Source: a virus. From it: DNA of 33,094 bases. Location: the IMG/VR virus record IMGVR_UViG_3300045988_132076, positions 1 through 33,094 of that record; one strand, written 5' to 3'. Position numbers and translations under genes: made by a program. The notes below the pieces were generated by a model. That model was not told the DNA's origin, searched no databases, and saw only the letters and a program-made list of their open reading frames with translations. This document shows, in pieces, positions 7,035 through 15,523 of this stretch (the first letter of the stretch is position 1; every line of letters begins with the position of its first letter).

Positions 7035-7459
7035 TACGAAGTAAAAAGACGGTAATAGACGGGGTTACGTTCGATAGCAAGACGGAAGCGGAGTATTACG
7101 AGTATCTGAAGAGTCTTGAAAAAGACAAAAAGATATACCGCCTTCGCTGTCACCCTGTATATGTACTGCAAGACGCGGTTGAACGGCACGGGAAGAAGTA
7201 TAAAGCGATTAAGTATATTGCCGACTTTGAGTACTGGAGCGACGAAGAGCAAACGCATGTAGTCGTTGATGTTAAAGGTTACGCAATGGAAGACGCAAGC
7301 CTGAAACGGAAGTTATTCGCGTACAAGTACCCGTTGTATAAACTCGTATGGGTCGCGAAGTCGAACAAATATAGTAACACCGGTTGGATTGATTACGACA
7401 AATTACAGAAGTTAAGACGGAAGGCGAGGAAGGAGCGGAAGAATGGCACGACGAAATAA
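7031..7459 (+). CDS. DUF1064-family protein (PD-(D/E)XK-like, possible structure-specific nuclease)
   Basis: KKTVIDGVTFDSKTEAEYYEYL...IKYIADFEY...VVVDVKGY...LKRKLF matches the DUF1064 pattern. Confidence 0.7.
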   Translation: MIRSKKTVIDGVTFDSKTEAEYYEYLKSLEKDKKIYRLRCHPVYVLQDAVERHGKKYKAIKYIADFEYWSDEEQTHVVVDVKGYAMEDASLKRKLFAYKYPLYKLVWVAKSNKYSNTGWIDYDKLQKLRRKARKERKNGTTK

Positions 7460-7778
7460 GCGACGACATTATCAGGCTCCGCGAATAGTGATACTTGGCA
7501 AGACGGCGGAGAAGAATAAGAAGCCGCGTGAATCCGTGTCACGGTGTGCATTTTGCGGCCGTCCGTTGTTCCGTGAATCCGCATGGCACTGGATATACGA
7601 CGAGTTCGGGCAACGGGTTAAGAAGTGCAACAATGAAGCTATCTGCAGAGAGTGTAGAAGTCAAGAAGGCGAGGACGCTTATATTACGGCAGTGACAGGA
7701 AGGAGACCGAGGCATGACGTTGAAGAAGTACACGAAGCGAAAGCCCGATATAGTAAGAGCAATTCAATTTACGGGTGA
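7443..7778 (+). CDS. Cys-rich putative zinc-ribbon protein (111 aa)
   Basis: AGGAGC SD. CAFCGRP ... CNNEAICRECRS gives a CxxC...CxxC arrangement. Function unknown. Confidence 0.5.
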   Translation: MARRNKRRHYQAPRIVILGKTAEKNKKPRESVSRCAFCGRPLFRESAWHWIYDEFGQRVKKCNNEAICRECRSQEGEDAYITAVTGRRPRHDVEEVHEAKARYSKSNSIYG

Positions 7779-8010
7779 AAATGTAGATGAGATATTGAGA
7801 GAGTTCTGCGGAAGTTGGGGAACTTTTTCGGTTAATGTTACGCAGGAAATACGAGGGGACGGAAAGCACGTGAAGGGACTTAGGCTAAATAGTGATTATG
7901 TAGCAGACTGCAAACTTTTGGAAGGAGATTATCTAGTTAAAACTATGAGCGGTGAGCTTATCGTTCACTGCGAAAGCAGATTTTTAGAAATTTACAAGGA
8001 GATAGAATGA
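7714..8010 (+). CDS. Hypothetical protein (98 aa)
   Basis: GGAAGGAGA lies 7 nt upstream of ATG 7714. It overlaps the previous ORF by 65 nt. Confidence 0.55.
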   Translation: MTLKKYTKRKPDIVRAIQFTGENVDEILREFCGSWGTFSVNVTQEIRGDGKHVKGLRLNSDYVADCKLLEGDYLVKTMSGELIVHCESRFLEIYKEIE

Positions 8011-8198
8011 TAGAAAAAATATTAATTCGATTAGGAACAGCAATTGCAGTCTTAGGGGCGATTGGTGCAATCGTAACAATTCATGTACAGGCATATGCTC
8101 AATTTAAACTGTCTGATTTCGCACTCTTTGTAGCCTTATTTGATTGTTGCTTAGGCTTACTGTTGATATTTTCGGTGCAGATATGGAGAGACAGATGA
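8007..8198 (+). CDS. Small two-TM membrane protein (63 aa)
   Basis: ATGA overlap at 8007. Two hydrophobic stretches (LGTAIAVLGAIGAIVTI and FALFVALFDCCLGLLLIF). Confidence 0.5.
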   Translation: MIEKILIRLGTAIAVLGAIGAIVTIHVQAYAQFKLSDFALFVALFDCCLGLLLIFSVQIWRDR

Positions 8199-8617
8199 AC
8201 GGACGGGAATATCTTGAGTATGTACGAAGTCTGAATGTACGATTGAGAATAAAAGAAGATCGCATTGAACAGCTAAGAAAAGACATATGCACACTACAGG
8301 CGATTGACTACTCGAAAGACCGAATAAGCGGAACGAGTTCAAGTGACATAAGCGATAAGATAATTAAATTAGACGAGCTTATAAACAAAACATATACGGA
8401 ATGGGACACGCTTATAGATGAACGAGAAAAAGCCGAAACGCTTATTAACTCGTTAATTAATGTTTACGAACGGCGAATACTGCAACTGCGGTACGTATAT
8501 TGTAAGAGTTGGAGCGACGTTGAAGACGGTATAAGCATGTCACACGTACAGACCTTTAGACTGCACAAACAGGCGGTAAAACATTTTAACCTTATATATC
8601 GAAAAGACGGAACATAA
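8195..8617 (+). CDS. Sigma-70 region-4-like late transcriptional regulator (RinA/ArpU/DUF1492-type)
   Basis: C-terminal ERRILQLRYVYCKSWSDVEDGISMSHVQTFRLHKQAVKHF is a region-4-type HTH. The N-terminal part is a coiled coil. It is the last early gene before the packaging module. The start is 8195 (ATGA overlap, GGAGA SD) or 8183. Confidence 0.55.
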   Translation: MNGREYLEYVRSLNVRLRIKEDRIEQLRKDICTLQAIDYSKDRISGTSSSDISDKIIKLDELINKTYTEWDTLIDEREKAETLINSLINVYERRILQLRYVYCKSWSDVEDGISMSHVQTFRLHKQAVKHFNLIYRKDGT

Positions 8618-8643
8618 TGGTACAAAATGGTACTGAATGGTAC
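8616..8643 (+). repeat. Three direct AATGGTAC repeats at exact 10-bp spacing
   Basis: AATGGTAC at 8616-8623, 8626-8633 and 8636-8643, beginning at the stop codon of the late regulator. TATGAT and TATAGT hexamers follow at 8652-8662. Confidence 0.85.
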
Positions 8644-8804
8644 AACGGAAGTATGATATAGTGTATATGTGAAAAGTAGGGGATGAAGTTCATGCGTGAA
8701 CGATTCCGAGGAGACAGCTGCGGCGAGTCTCAACCACTAATTCTATATGTAGTTTATTTACAGGTCGGGGCGGTCAATGTGGCCGCCTTTTGCCGTAAAA
8801 AAAT

Positions 8805-8830
8805 AAGCCCTCAATTAAGAGGGCTTTTAT
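8805..8830. terminator. Bidirectional intrinsic terminator
   Basis: AAGCCCTC (8805-8812) / loop AATTAA / GAGGGCTT (8819-8826), with an A-run upstream and TTAT ATTT downstream. It lies 3 nt from the end of the minus-strand gene. Confidence 0.75.
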
Positions 8831-8832
8831 AT

Positions 8833-9348
8833 TTAAACGTCGTAGAACTCACATACTTCGGTCGGTGACAGCGGGACAGAATCTTCAACGAGTCGATTGC
8901 GCCAAACTAGCTGTTTGGTTTGACGGTTTACCGTAAAGAGTAAAACCGTTTTAGCTTTATTCGGATTAAATCCGAGTTCAGCATAGAAATTATCGGTAAA
9001 AGCAAAACCAGGGTGAAGAAGTTCTACCGTCTTTTTATTTCCTTCGGAGATTTCAAAAGCACTGATTTCATTATCATTGCCGAAAATTTCAATTCCGTGA
9101 TTAGCTTTAAACTGTTCAAATGCGGCTGCTTGTAATTTGTTAATTTCCTTTTTTGTGATCTGCATGGTGTTTTCTCCTTTTTTAACGATAGCATTAAGCT
9201 TTTCAATTATTAATCTTTCAGCCCATGCGGGCGGCTGTCTTTTTTCGGCTTCCCAATCCTGAACGGTTCTAACCGGAACTCCGATTAACTTATAAACCTG
9301 TGCTTGTGTTAACCCGGCCTTTTCTCTAGCTTCTTTAATTGCTGTCAT
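8833..9348 (-). CDS. XRE-type HTH fused to an unknown ~107-aa domain (171 aa). This is the only antisense gene within the early/late block
   Basis: AAAGGAG lies 8 nt upstream of ATG 9348 (the track start at 9357 is a GTG abutting the SD). The HTH is GLTQAQVYKLIGVPVRTVQDWEAEKRQPP. An internal in-frame ATG at 9165 is preceded by AAAGGAGAAAACACC. Confidence 0.8.
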   Translation of the reverse strand: MTAIKEAREKAGLTQAQVYKLIGVPVRTVQDWEAEKRQPPAWAERLIIEKLNAIVKKGENTMQITKKEINKLQAAAFEQFKANHGIEIFGNDNEISAFEISEGNKKTVELLHPGFAFTDNFYAELGFNPNKAKTVLLFTVNRQTKQLVWRNRLVEDSVPLSPTEVCEFYDV

Positions 9349-9386
9349 CTTGGTCACTCCTTTATGTGATTTCCTTTGTTGAGTAC

Positions 9387-9415
9387 ACTATAACACGCAT
9401 TGCGTGTCTTGTCAA
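9387..9415 (-). promoter_or_regulatory. Near-consensus sigma-70-type promoter with a palindromic operator in the spacer
   Basis: On the minus strand: TTGACA (9415-9410), a 17-nt spacer, then TATAGT (9392-9387). The spacer contains ACACGC-ATT-GCGTGT (9393-9407). Confidence 0.7.
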
Positions 9416-9497
9416 ATGAAATTATGGAAGTTTTTAAAATATTTTTTTGTTCATTACAAACGGCATAACCAAGCCGATAAAAAGGAAGTGAAACTAT

Positions 9498-9956
9498 ATG
9501 AGCGAAGAAAAAAAGAGCGAAAAATTAAATCCGAAGCAAGAGAGATTTGCTATTGAATATATTAAAGACATGAATATGACGAAAGCCGCGGAAAGAGCGG
9601 GATACAGCAAAAAGAGTGCGATAATGCACGGCTCAAGATTGCTTAGAAGTGCTAAGGTACGGGAAAAAGTCGCAGAACTTGAAGCGGAAGTAAAAAATGA
9701 AGCTATCGCAACGGCTCAAGAAGTTGAAGAGTTTTTAAGTGCAGCAATGCGGGGCGAGTTAACAGAAGAAAAGAGTTATAAGAACGCGAAAGAGAAGAAG
9801 GAAAAACAGATCGCAATGAAAGAACGAATAAAAGCGGCTGAACTTCTTGCTAAGCGTTACGCGTTGTTGACAGAAAAAACGGAGTTAAGCGGTAAAGACG
9901 GACAGCCGATTGTTATAGAGTTCTCACATATGCGACGGAACGAAGATACAGAATAG
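9498..9956 (+). CDS. terS: Terminase small subunit
   Basis: LNPKQERFAIEYIKDMNMTKAAERAGYSKKSAIMHGSRLL matches the Terminase_2-type N-terminal HTH. It lies upstream of terL. Confidence 0.85.
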   Translation: MSEEKKSEKLNPKQERFAIEYIKDMNMTKAAERAGYSKKSAIMHGSRLLRSAKVREKVAELEAEVKNEAIATAQEVEEFLSAAMRGELTEEKSYKNAKEKKEKQIAMKERIKAAELLAKRYALLTEKTELSGKDGQPIVIEFSHMRRNEDTE

Positions 9957-10069
9957 TCTTATATACATATGTAAGGAAAACGAAAGCACTAGAATTGATA
10001 GAATTATTCCTTGAAGTTGTATAAAAGTATCGTATAAGCACGGGATAGAAGAAGAAAAACGGAATAAAT

Positions 10070-11428
10070 ATGAATATTACAATCGATTACATGCCGAATG
10101 TGCGGCAAGATGAATTTCATATGTGCAACGCTCCGTATGCGGTTTACGGTGGTGCCAGAGGCGGTGGCAAGACCAAAGCGTTAGTAATGGATTGTCTCGC
10201 TTATTGTCTTGAGCATAGCGGCTGTAATGCGTATTTGTTCCGAGAAACATATCCGAATCTTGAAGCAAACGTAATAAGAGAGTGGAAACGCTCAGTGCCG
10301 AGAGAGTTATACGAGTATTCAGAGCAAAAACACATTGCTACTTTGATAAACGGATCTAAAGTATTATTCCGATACGTTCGTACAGAGAAAGACGCAGAAA
10401 CGTACCAAGGTCAAGAGTTCGACTACCTTGGCATTGACGAATTGACGAAGCACACGGAGCGAACAGCCGAGTTATTAACGGCGTGTCTTCGTTCGTCTCG
10501 TGGATTCCCTGTCCGCTTCCGAGGTTCGTGTAATCCCGGCGGCAAGGGTCACGGATGGGTTAAGCGTAAATACGTCGAAGCAACCGAATACGGTAAACAT
10601 GAAGTTATCGACAAGACAACCGGATTAGAAAAGATGTTTATCCCGGCTCGTGTTTATGATAACGATGTTTTAATGAAGAATGACCCGAATTACGTAAAGC
10701 GTCTTGAAGCGTTGCCGGAGCAAGAGAAGAAAGCGTTCTTATACGGTGACTGGGATGTATTTATTGGACAAGTTTTTACGGAGTTCAATAGAGATAAGCA
10801 TGTAGAAGAACCGTTTACAATCCCTGACGATTGGATAAAAGCCCGCTCGATGGACTGGGGTTTTTCTAAGCCGTTTTCTATTCATTGGTACGCGATTGAT
10901 TATGACGGTATAGCTCATTGTTACCGTGAATATTACGGCTGCACAGGCGAACCGGATGAAGGGTTAAAGCTAACACCGGATGAAGTAGCTGCCGAAGTCG
11001 TGCGATTATCGGGTAATGAACGATATACGTATGATGTCGCTGATAAAGCGATATGGCAAAAAGACGACCGTATGAAATGGAGTATCCAAGGTGAAAGCAT
11101 AGCTGAGATATTTGAGCGACACGGGATTTACTTCACTCGCTCTAATTCTGAACGTATTGCGGGTAAACTCATGGTTCATCAGTATTTAAGGGAAGAGAAA
11201 ATAAAATTCTTCTCGACGTGTAAGCATATGTTAAGAACACTACCGGAGCTTGTGTATGATGAGTCAAAACCTGAAGACGTAGACACAACTCAGGAAGATC
11301 ATGCATATGATGAGCTGCGGTATTTCTGTATGAGCCGGCCGATTAAACCGACACGACCGAAGAAGGAATTTAGCGACGGATATAAAACGATAGACGACAG
11401 TGAAGAGGTGACAGTATGGGGAATTTAA
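10070..11428 (+). CDS. terL: Terminase large subunit
   Basis: Walker A GGARGGGKT, Walker B-like YLGIDELT, 452 aa, followed by the portal gene. Confidence 0.9.
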   Translation: MNITIDYMPNVRQDEFHMCNAPYAVYGGARGGGKTKALVMDCLAYCLEHSGCNAYLFRETYPNLEANVIREWKRSVPRELYEYSEQKHIATLINGSKVLFRYVRTEKDAETYQGQEFDYLGIDELTKHTERTAELLTACLRSSRGFPVRFRGSCNPGGKGHGWVKRKYVEATEYGKHEVIDKTTGLEKMFIPARVYDNDVLMKNDPNYVKRLEALPEQEKKAFLYGDWDVFIGQVFTEFNRDKHVEEPFTIPDDWIKARSMDWGFSKPFSIHWYAIDYDGIAHCYREYYGCTGEPDEGLKLTPDEVAAEVVRLSGNERYTYDVADKAIWQKDDRMKWSIQGESIAEIFERHGIYFTRSNSERIAGKLMVHQYLREEKIKFFSTCKHMLRTLPELVYDESKPEDVDTTQEDHAYDELRYFCMSRPIKPTRPKKEFSDGYKTIDDSEEVTVWGI

Positions 11429-13419
11429 AGGGCTTTGATATAGAAGCGGCACGGAGACGGGTAAAAAGTGCGTTGAGTGCTACTAGTGATTGGCGAGAAC
11501 GAGCCAAAGAAGATTACGAGTTTATGCAAGGTAAGCAATGGGCTGACGCGGATTTATCGCGTATGAAGAAAGCGGGAAGACCGGCAATTACGATTAACCG
11601 AATCCGACCGGTTATAAATCTGTTATGCGGATATGCAGCACAAAACGAGACGGAACCCGACTTTTTACCAAGGTCCGAAGAAGACGATAGAATAAGCCGA
11701 GTCGCAAAAGGGATTACTAAGTATTGTCTTGACCGTGCAAATTATCAGCGAACGAAAAATAAATGCTTCAGAGATAAAGTTATATGCGGTCTCGCTAACT
11801 ACTGGATTACGTACGACTTCGATTATTCAAGACTTGACGGCACTATTAAGATTGACAGAGTTAGCCCGTTTGACGCGTTTATAGACCCTGAATCACAACA
11901 AGAAGATTTGAGCGACGCTCAGTATTGCGGCCGTTACTCGTGGGAAAGCCCTGATAAACTACGGCAAATATACAGCGACAAGCAGAAAGAAATAGACACG
12001 CTACAACATAAGCTTGATAGCACTGAAACAGCTGTTGACACGATAAATACGGAAAAACTTTGGTATGATACCGACTTCAAGAAAGTACGAGTTGTTCAGT
12101 ATTGGTATAAGGAATATAAGACTCAAGAAGTCTATATGACCAAAGAAGGCGTTGTTACAGAAGATAATCCGTTATTTATACAGCTTAAAGCGACAGGAAC
12201 GCAGCCGACAACGATACCGAAGACGGTTATACAATATGCGACGTTTTGCGATGATGTATTGTTGGAAGACGGCGAAAGCCCGTACAAGCATGGAAAATTT
12301 CCGTTAGTGCGTGAATATTGTTATTACACCGGGGAACTGTCAGACGCTGAATTAGAACCCGCGGGCGTTGTTCGAGATATAAAGGACGCACAGCGGGAAC
12401 TAAACAAGAACCGCAGCCAACGTATGCACGTTGTCAATCAACAGTCGTTAGGAGTTAAATTCTGGACTGGTGTCGTTGATGAGCAGTTAAAGAAGACAAT
12501 AAAGGAAAAAGCAACAACGCCTGGAGCAAACATATTCCTACCGAACGGCGTAAGTTATCAAGACGGTACACCCGCTTATGACAGTTCAGTGAATATAAAT
12601 CTTGAGCAACAATCAAGCAATGATTTTTATTCTATTAGCGGCATAACGCCTGAATCATTAAGTGGTAGCGTTGGAGCCATGAGCGGTAAGGCGATCGACT
12701 TACGTCAGTCAGTAACGACAGTGCAGACAGCGGGAATATTCGACCAGACGAAGGAAACAGAACGGCAGATTGTTCAGCTTCTATGGGGCGAAAAGAACGC
12801 TGAAGGACTTATACCACAGTTTTATAATCAAGATAAAGTAATGCGGATACTGGGCGATGACGGGCAAAAAGAATTTATACAGATTACGCCGAATTTAGGG
12901 CAACCTATGCAAGAACAATTTGCGGTTGACCCGATGACAGGAATGCCGAAAACAGACGAAGACGGCAACCCGATTAAGAAAGTATTGTATGACCTTTCTT
13001 GCTTTGATTTTGATATCGTCATTACAACTTCTCAAGCGTCTGCAACGGCACGACGGGCAAACTTGTATCAACTGCTTGAAGCGAAGAAATCAGGCGTTGA
13101 TATTCCTATGGATATTATTCTCGACTTCATGGACTTCCCCGAAAAAGAAAGCGTTAAGAAGAGAATGCAAGAGGCGGCAGAACAGCCGAATTTGCCCGAC
13201 GTACGTATAAACGGACGGCTTGCGGATTTACCCGCTGAAGCGTTAAGTACAGCCCTTTCTAGCATTGGCGTACAGATGTCTCCTGAAGAGATATTGCAAG
13301 AACGGTTAGCAATGAAAGGGTACGCACCGCCGCCGCAGATACAACAGCCGCAAGGCGTGCAACAGTTAGGGCAAGACCAGCAACAAATGCAGTTATTGCA
13401 GAATATGCAACAACTATAA
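11416..13419 (+). CDS. Portal protein (667 aa) with a Q-rich C-terminal tail
   Basis: Position after terL. EDYEFMQGKQWADADLSRMKKAGRPAITINRIRPVINLLCG is a typical portal N-terminal motif. The C-terminus is PPPQIQQPQGVQQLGQDQQQMQLLQNMQQL. Confidence 0.85.
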   Translation: MGNLKGFDIEAARRRVKSALSATSDWRERAKEDYEFMQGKQWADADLSRMKKAGRPAITINRIRPVINLLCGYAAQNETEPDFLPRSEEDDRISRVAKGITKYCLDRANYQRTKNKCFRDKVICGLANYWITYDFDYSRLDGTIKIDRVSPFDAFIDPESQQEDLSDAQYCGRYSWESPDKLRQIYSDKQKEIDTLQHKLDSTETAVDTINTEKLWYDTDFKKVRVVQYWYKEYKTQEVYMTKEGVVTEDNPLFIQLKATGTQPTTIPKTVIQYATFCDDVLLEDGESPYKHGKFPLVREYCYYTGELSDAELEPAGVVRDIKDAQRELNKNRSQRMHVVNQQSLGVKFWTGVVDEQLKKTIKEKATTPGANIFLPNGVSYQDGTPAYDSSVNINLEQQSSNDFYSISGITPESLSGSVGAMSGKAIDLRQSVTTVQTAGIFDQTKETERQIVQLLWGEKNAEGLIPQFYNQDKVMRILGDDGQKEFIQITPNLGQPMQEQFAVDPMTGMPKTDEDGNPIKKVLYDLSCFDFDIVITTSQASATARRANLYQLLEAKKSGVDIPMDIILDFMDFPEKESVKKRMQEAAEQPNLPDVRINGRLADLPAEALSTALSSIGVQMSPEEILQERLAMKGYAPPPQIQQPQGVQQLGQDQQQMQLLQNMQQL

Positions 13420-13475
13420 AATGTAAAACAGACCTGGACACGTCTATAAACTGTCCCCTCCTTTTCTCGTCCTTA

Positions 13476-13570
13476 GCAAGACGTTAAACGGCTAATTATA
13501 AACCACATTCGCCCGGCAACGGCGTTAAACTGCAATTATATTATTTCGTCCGGCAATGACGTTAAACGGC
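13476..13570 (+). repeat. Three direct copies of GCAA-N2-3-CGTTAAAC-(G/T)GC in the portal-scaffold gap
   Basis: The CGTTAAAC cores lie at 13482-13489, 13523-13530 and 13560-13567. The first two copies extend to ...GC(T/A)AATTATA, and copies 2 and 3 share TTCG(C/T)CCGGCAA upstream. Confidence 0.8.
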
Positions 13571-13585
13571 AGAAAGGATATTACT

Positions 13586-14479
13586 ATGGATAACAATGAA
13601 ATGGTTAATGCTGAAGAAATGGGCTTTACTCAAGAAGATTTAGAGGTCGTGAAAAATGAAATGGAACAGGACAAACCTGAAGAATCTGACAGTAAAGAAC
13701 CTGAACCGCAAGAAAGCGGCGAAAAGCCTGAACAGTCTGAAGAGTCTGAAGACCAGGATGATCAGTCTAAAGAAGCTGAAGGCGAAGAACACGCCGAGAA
13801 TTTAAAAGCGGCACTTGCTCAAGAACGGGCAAGACGCAAAGCGGCTGAAGAACGGGCAAGAACGTTACAGGCACAGCAAGCACCCGTTACATTACCTGAA
13901 CAGGAAATAGCTAATATCCGAGATTTTGCGAAGCAAGAAGCGTTAAAGCGATTAGGGGTAAAGGCTGAAGACGTGGAAGGGTTAATGTATGAAGATGAAC
14001 AGAAATACAAAGACCTTTTGAGACTACAGACGCAAATTGAGTATGTAGTTTCTAACCAAATGCACAGCCGATACGACCAGATACAGAAGAATCAGACGTT
14101 TGTGAATGAGATTAAATCACTTCCGAACTTCAATGAACTGTATCAAGACGGTGTAGAAGCCCTTAATGAAATGACGTTAAAAGACGCAAGACCGATTAAC
14201 GACGCATTCGCCAATATTGACAACGGTGAAGGAACGGAAGCGGATTTTGAAATTGTCCGTAAATTCGTTAAAGAGCTGCAAGACAAACGGGCGGCAACAA
14301 CCGTAAAGGACAGCCCGTTAGATGTAGCTAAAACCTTGCCGAAGGCGGGAGCGTTAAGCGGCGGCAACAACACACCGCCGAAGTTAAGCGATGAAGAAAT
14401 TTTGGAAGCGTATCAGAACGGAGAGGCGGACAAGCTCCCCGAAGACGTACGCAAGTATTTTGATAATTTACTTGAATAG
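13586..14479 (+). CDS. Scaffolding protein
   Basis: AGAAAGGA SD before ATG 13586. The N-terminal part is highly acidic (EESDSKEPEPQESGEKPEQSEESEDQDDQ), followed by helical charged segments. It lies between the portal and capsid genes. Confidence 0.7.
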   Translation: MDNNEMVNAEEMGFTQEDLEVVKNEMEQDKPEESDSKEPEPQESGEKPEQSEESEDQDDQSKEAEGEEHAENLKAALAQERARRKAAEERARTLQAQQAPVTLPEQEIANIRDFAKQEALKRLGVKAEDVEGLMYEDEQKYKDLLRLQTQIEYVVSNQMHSRYDQIQKNQTFVNEIKSLPNFNELYQDGVEALNEMTLKDARPINDAFANIDNGEGTEADFEIVRKFVKELQDKRAATTVKDSPLDVAKTLPKAGALSGGNNTPPKLSDEEILEAYQNGEADKLPEDVRKYFDNLLE

Positions 14480-14490
14480 GAGATAAAAAC

Positions 14491-15462
14491 ATGGCAAACG
14501 AAATTCAAATTCCCGCTAATTTAGTACCGAAAGTATGGGCTGCAAAAGTCTGGACGGAAGGCGTTAAAGCGTCTTATTTCGACAAGTTTACAGACGCAAA
14601 CGGCAACAACGTAATTCATAAGAACGTTAAATTAAAAGGCGTTAAGGGCGATAAGGTATACTTTGGCCTTGCAATGAACCTCACGGGTGACGGTATTAAA
14701 GGTAACAATACGCTCGATGGACACGAAGAAGAATTACATATTTACGATTTCGCTGTTCCCGTCGAACTCGTGCGTAATGCAGTCGCTCGTTTCGTAGCTG
14801 ATGACCAGAAAAGCCCGTATGAAAACCTTCAGATTATTAAACCGGCTCTTCAGCAGTGGGTTACTGATTGGCTTGATGATACCTTCATTAAGAAGTTAAC
14901 CGCTTCCCCTACAGCGGGAGAAGTTATTTTTGCTTCGGCTGCGGGTACTGAAGCCGGTACGACGGCAAACGATAAATTAACGTGTGCGTTGATTTCCCGT
15001 GCTAGACGTAAAGCAATGCTTCACGCTCCGAAGGTAAACCCGGTAAAAGTAGACGGCCAAGACCGCTATATTATGTTAGTTTCGCCCTGGGCGGCTAAAG
15101 ACCTTAAAGCGGATCCCGTATGGATTCAGGCTCAGGCACAAGCGAACGTTCGTGGCCGAGAAAATCCGATTTTTACGGGTGCGTTAGGCGAATACGACGG
15201 CGTTATCCTGTACGAATATGAACGTATTCTTAACACAACGACAGGGGCAAGCAGTGCCAATGTATGCCATAACTTGTTACTTGGCAAACAGGCTGCGTGC
15301 TTCGGTGTTGCAAAAGAAGCCACTCCGATTAAACAGGTTAGCGACTATGGCAACCGTGAAGGTAACGGCATTTCCTTGTATGCGGGGATTGAAAAATCGA
15401 AGTATAACGGCAAGGATTACGGCGTAATTCAAGTTGTTACAGGCGGCACGGTAGAAAAATAA
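14491..15462 (+). CDS. Major capsid protein (N4-gp56-like, from memory)
   Basis: AGGAGA SD, 323 aa, after the scaffold gene and followed by a strong terminator. KGVKGDKVYFGLAMNLTGDGIKGNNTLDGHEEEL resembles the N4-gp56-family signature. Confidence 0.75.
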   Translation: MANEIQIPANLVPKVWAAKVWTEGVKASYFDKFTDANGNNVIHKNVKLKGVKGDKVYFGLAMNLTGDGIKGNNTLDGHEEELHIYDFAVPVELVRNAVARFVADDQKSPYENLQIIKPALQQWVTDWLDDTFIKKLTASPTAGEVIFASAAGTEAGTTANDKLTCALISRARRKAMLHAPKVNPVKVDGQDRYIMLVSPWAAKDLKADPVWIQAQAQANVRGRENPIFTGALGEYDGVILYEYERILNTTTGASSANVCHNLLLGKQAACFGVAKEATPIKQVSDYGNREGNGISLYAGIEKSKYNGKDYGVIQVVTGGTVEK

Positions 15463-15477
15463 TGAACGCAAAGAACA

Positions 15478-15512
15478 AAGGGGGAAGGGCTAACCTTTCC
15501 CCTTATTCTTTT
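15478..15512 (+). terminator. Intrinsic terminator after the capsid gene
   Basis: AAGGGGGAAGG / loop GCTAA / CCTTTCCCCTT, then ATTCTTTT. Confidence 0.75.
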
Positions 15513-15523
15513 ATGAGGTGTAT

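Noticed and set aside
8683-8868. 61-aa + strand ORF in the gap after the late regulator
   Set aside because: It reads through the 8805-8830 terminator hairpin into the antisense of the 8833-9348 gene, and it has no SD.
9957-10069. 113-nt terS-terL gap as a pac/cos site or hidden gene
   Set aside because: It contains only a 10-bp palindrome (TACATATGTA) and no ORF or repeat array. There is not enough evidence to call a function, although the gap is unusual because these genes normally abut.
13320-13419. CAG/CAA-rich stretch at the end of the portal gene as a repeat element
   Set aside because: It encodes a Q-rich C-terminal tail in-frame. It is low-complexity coding sequence rather than a separate feature.
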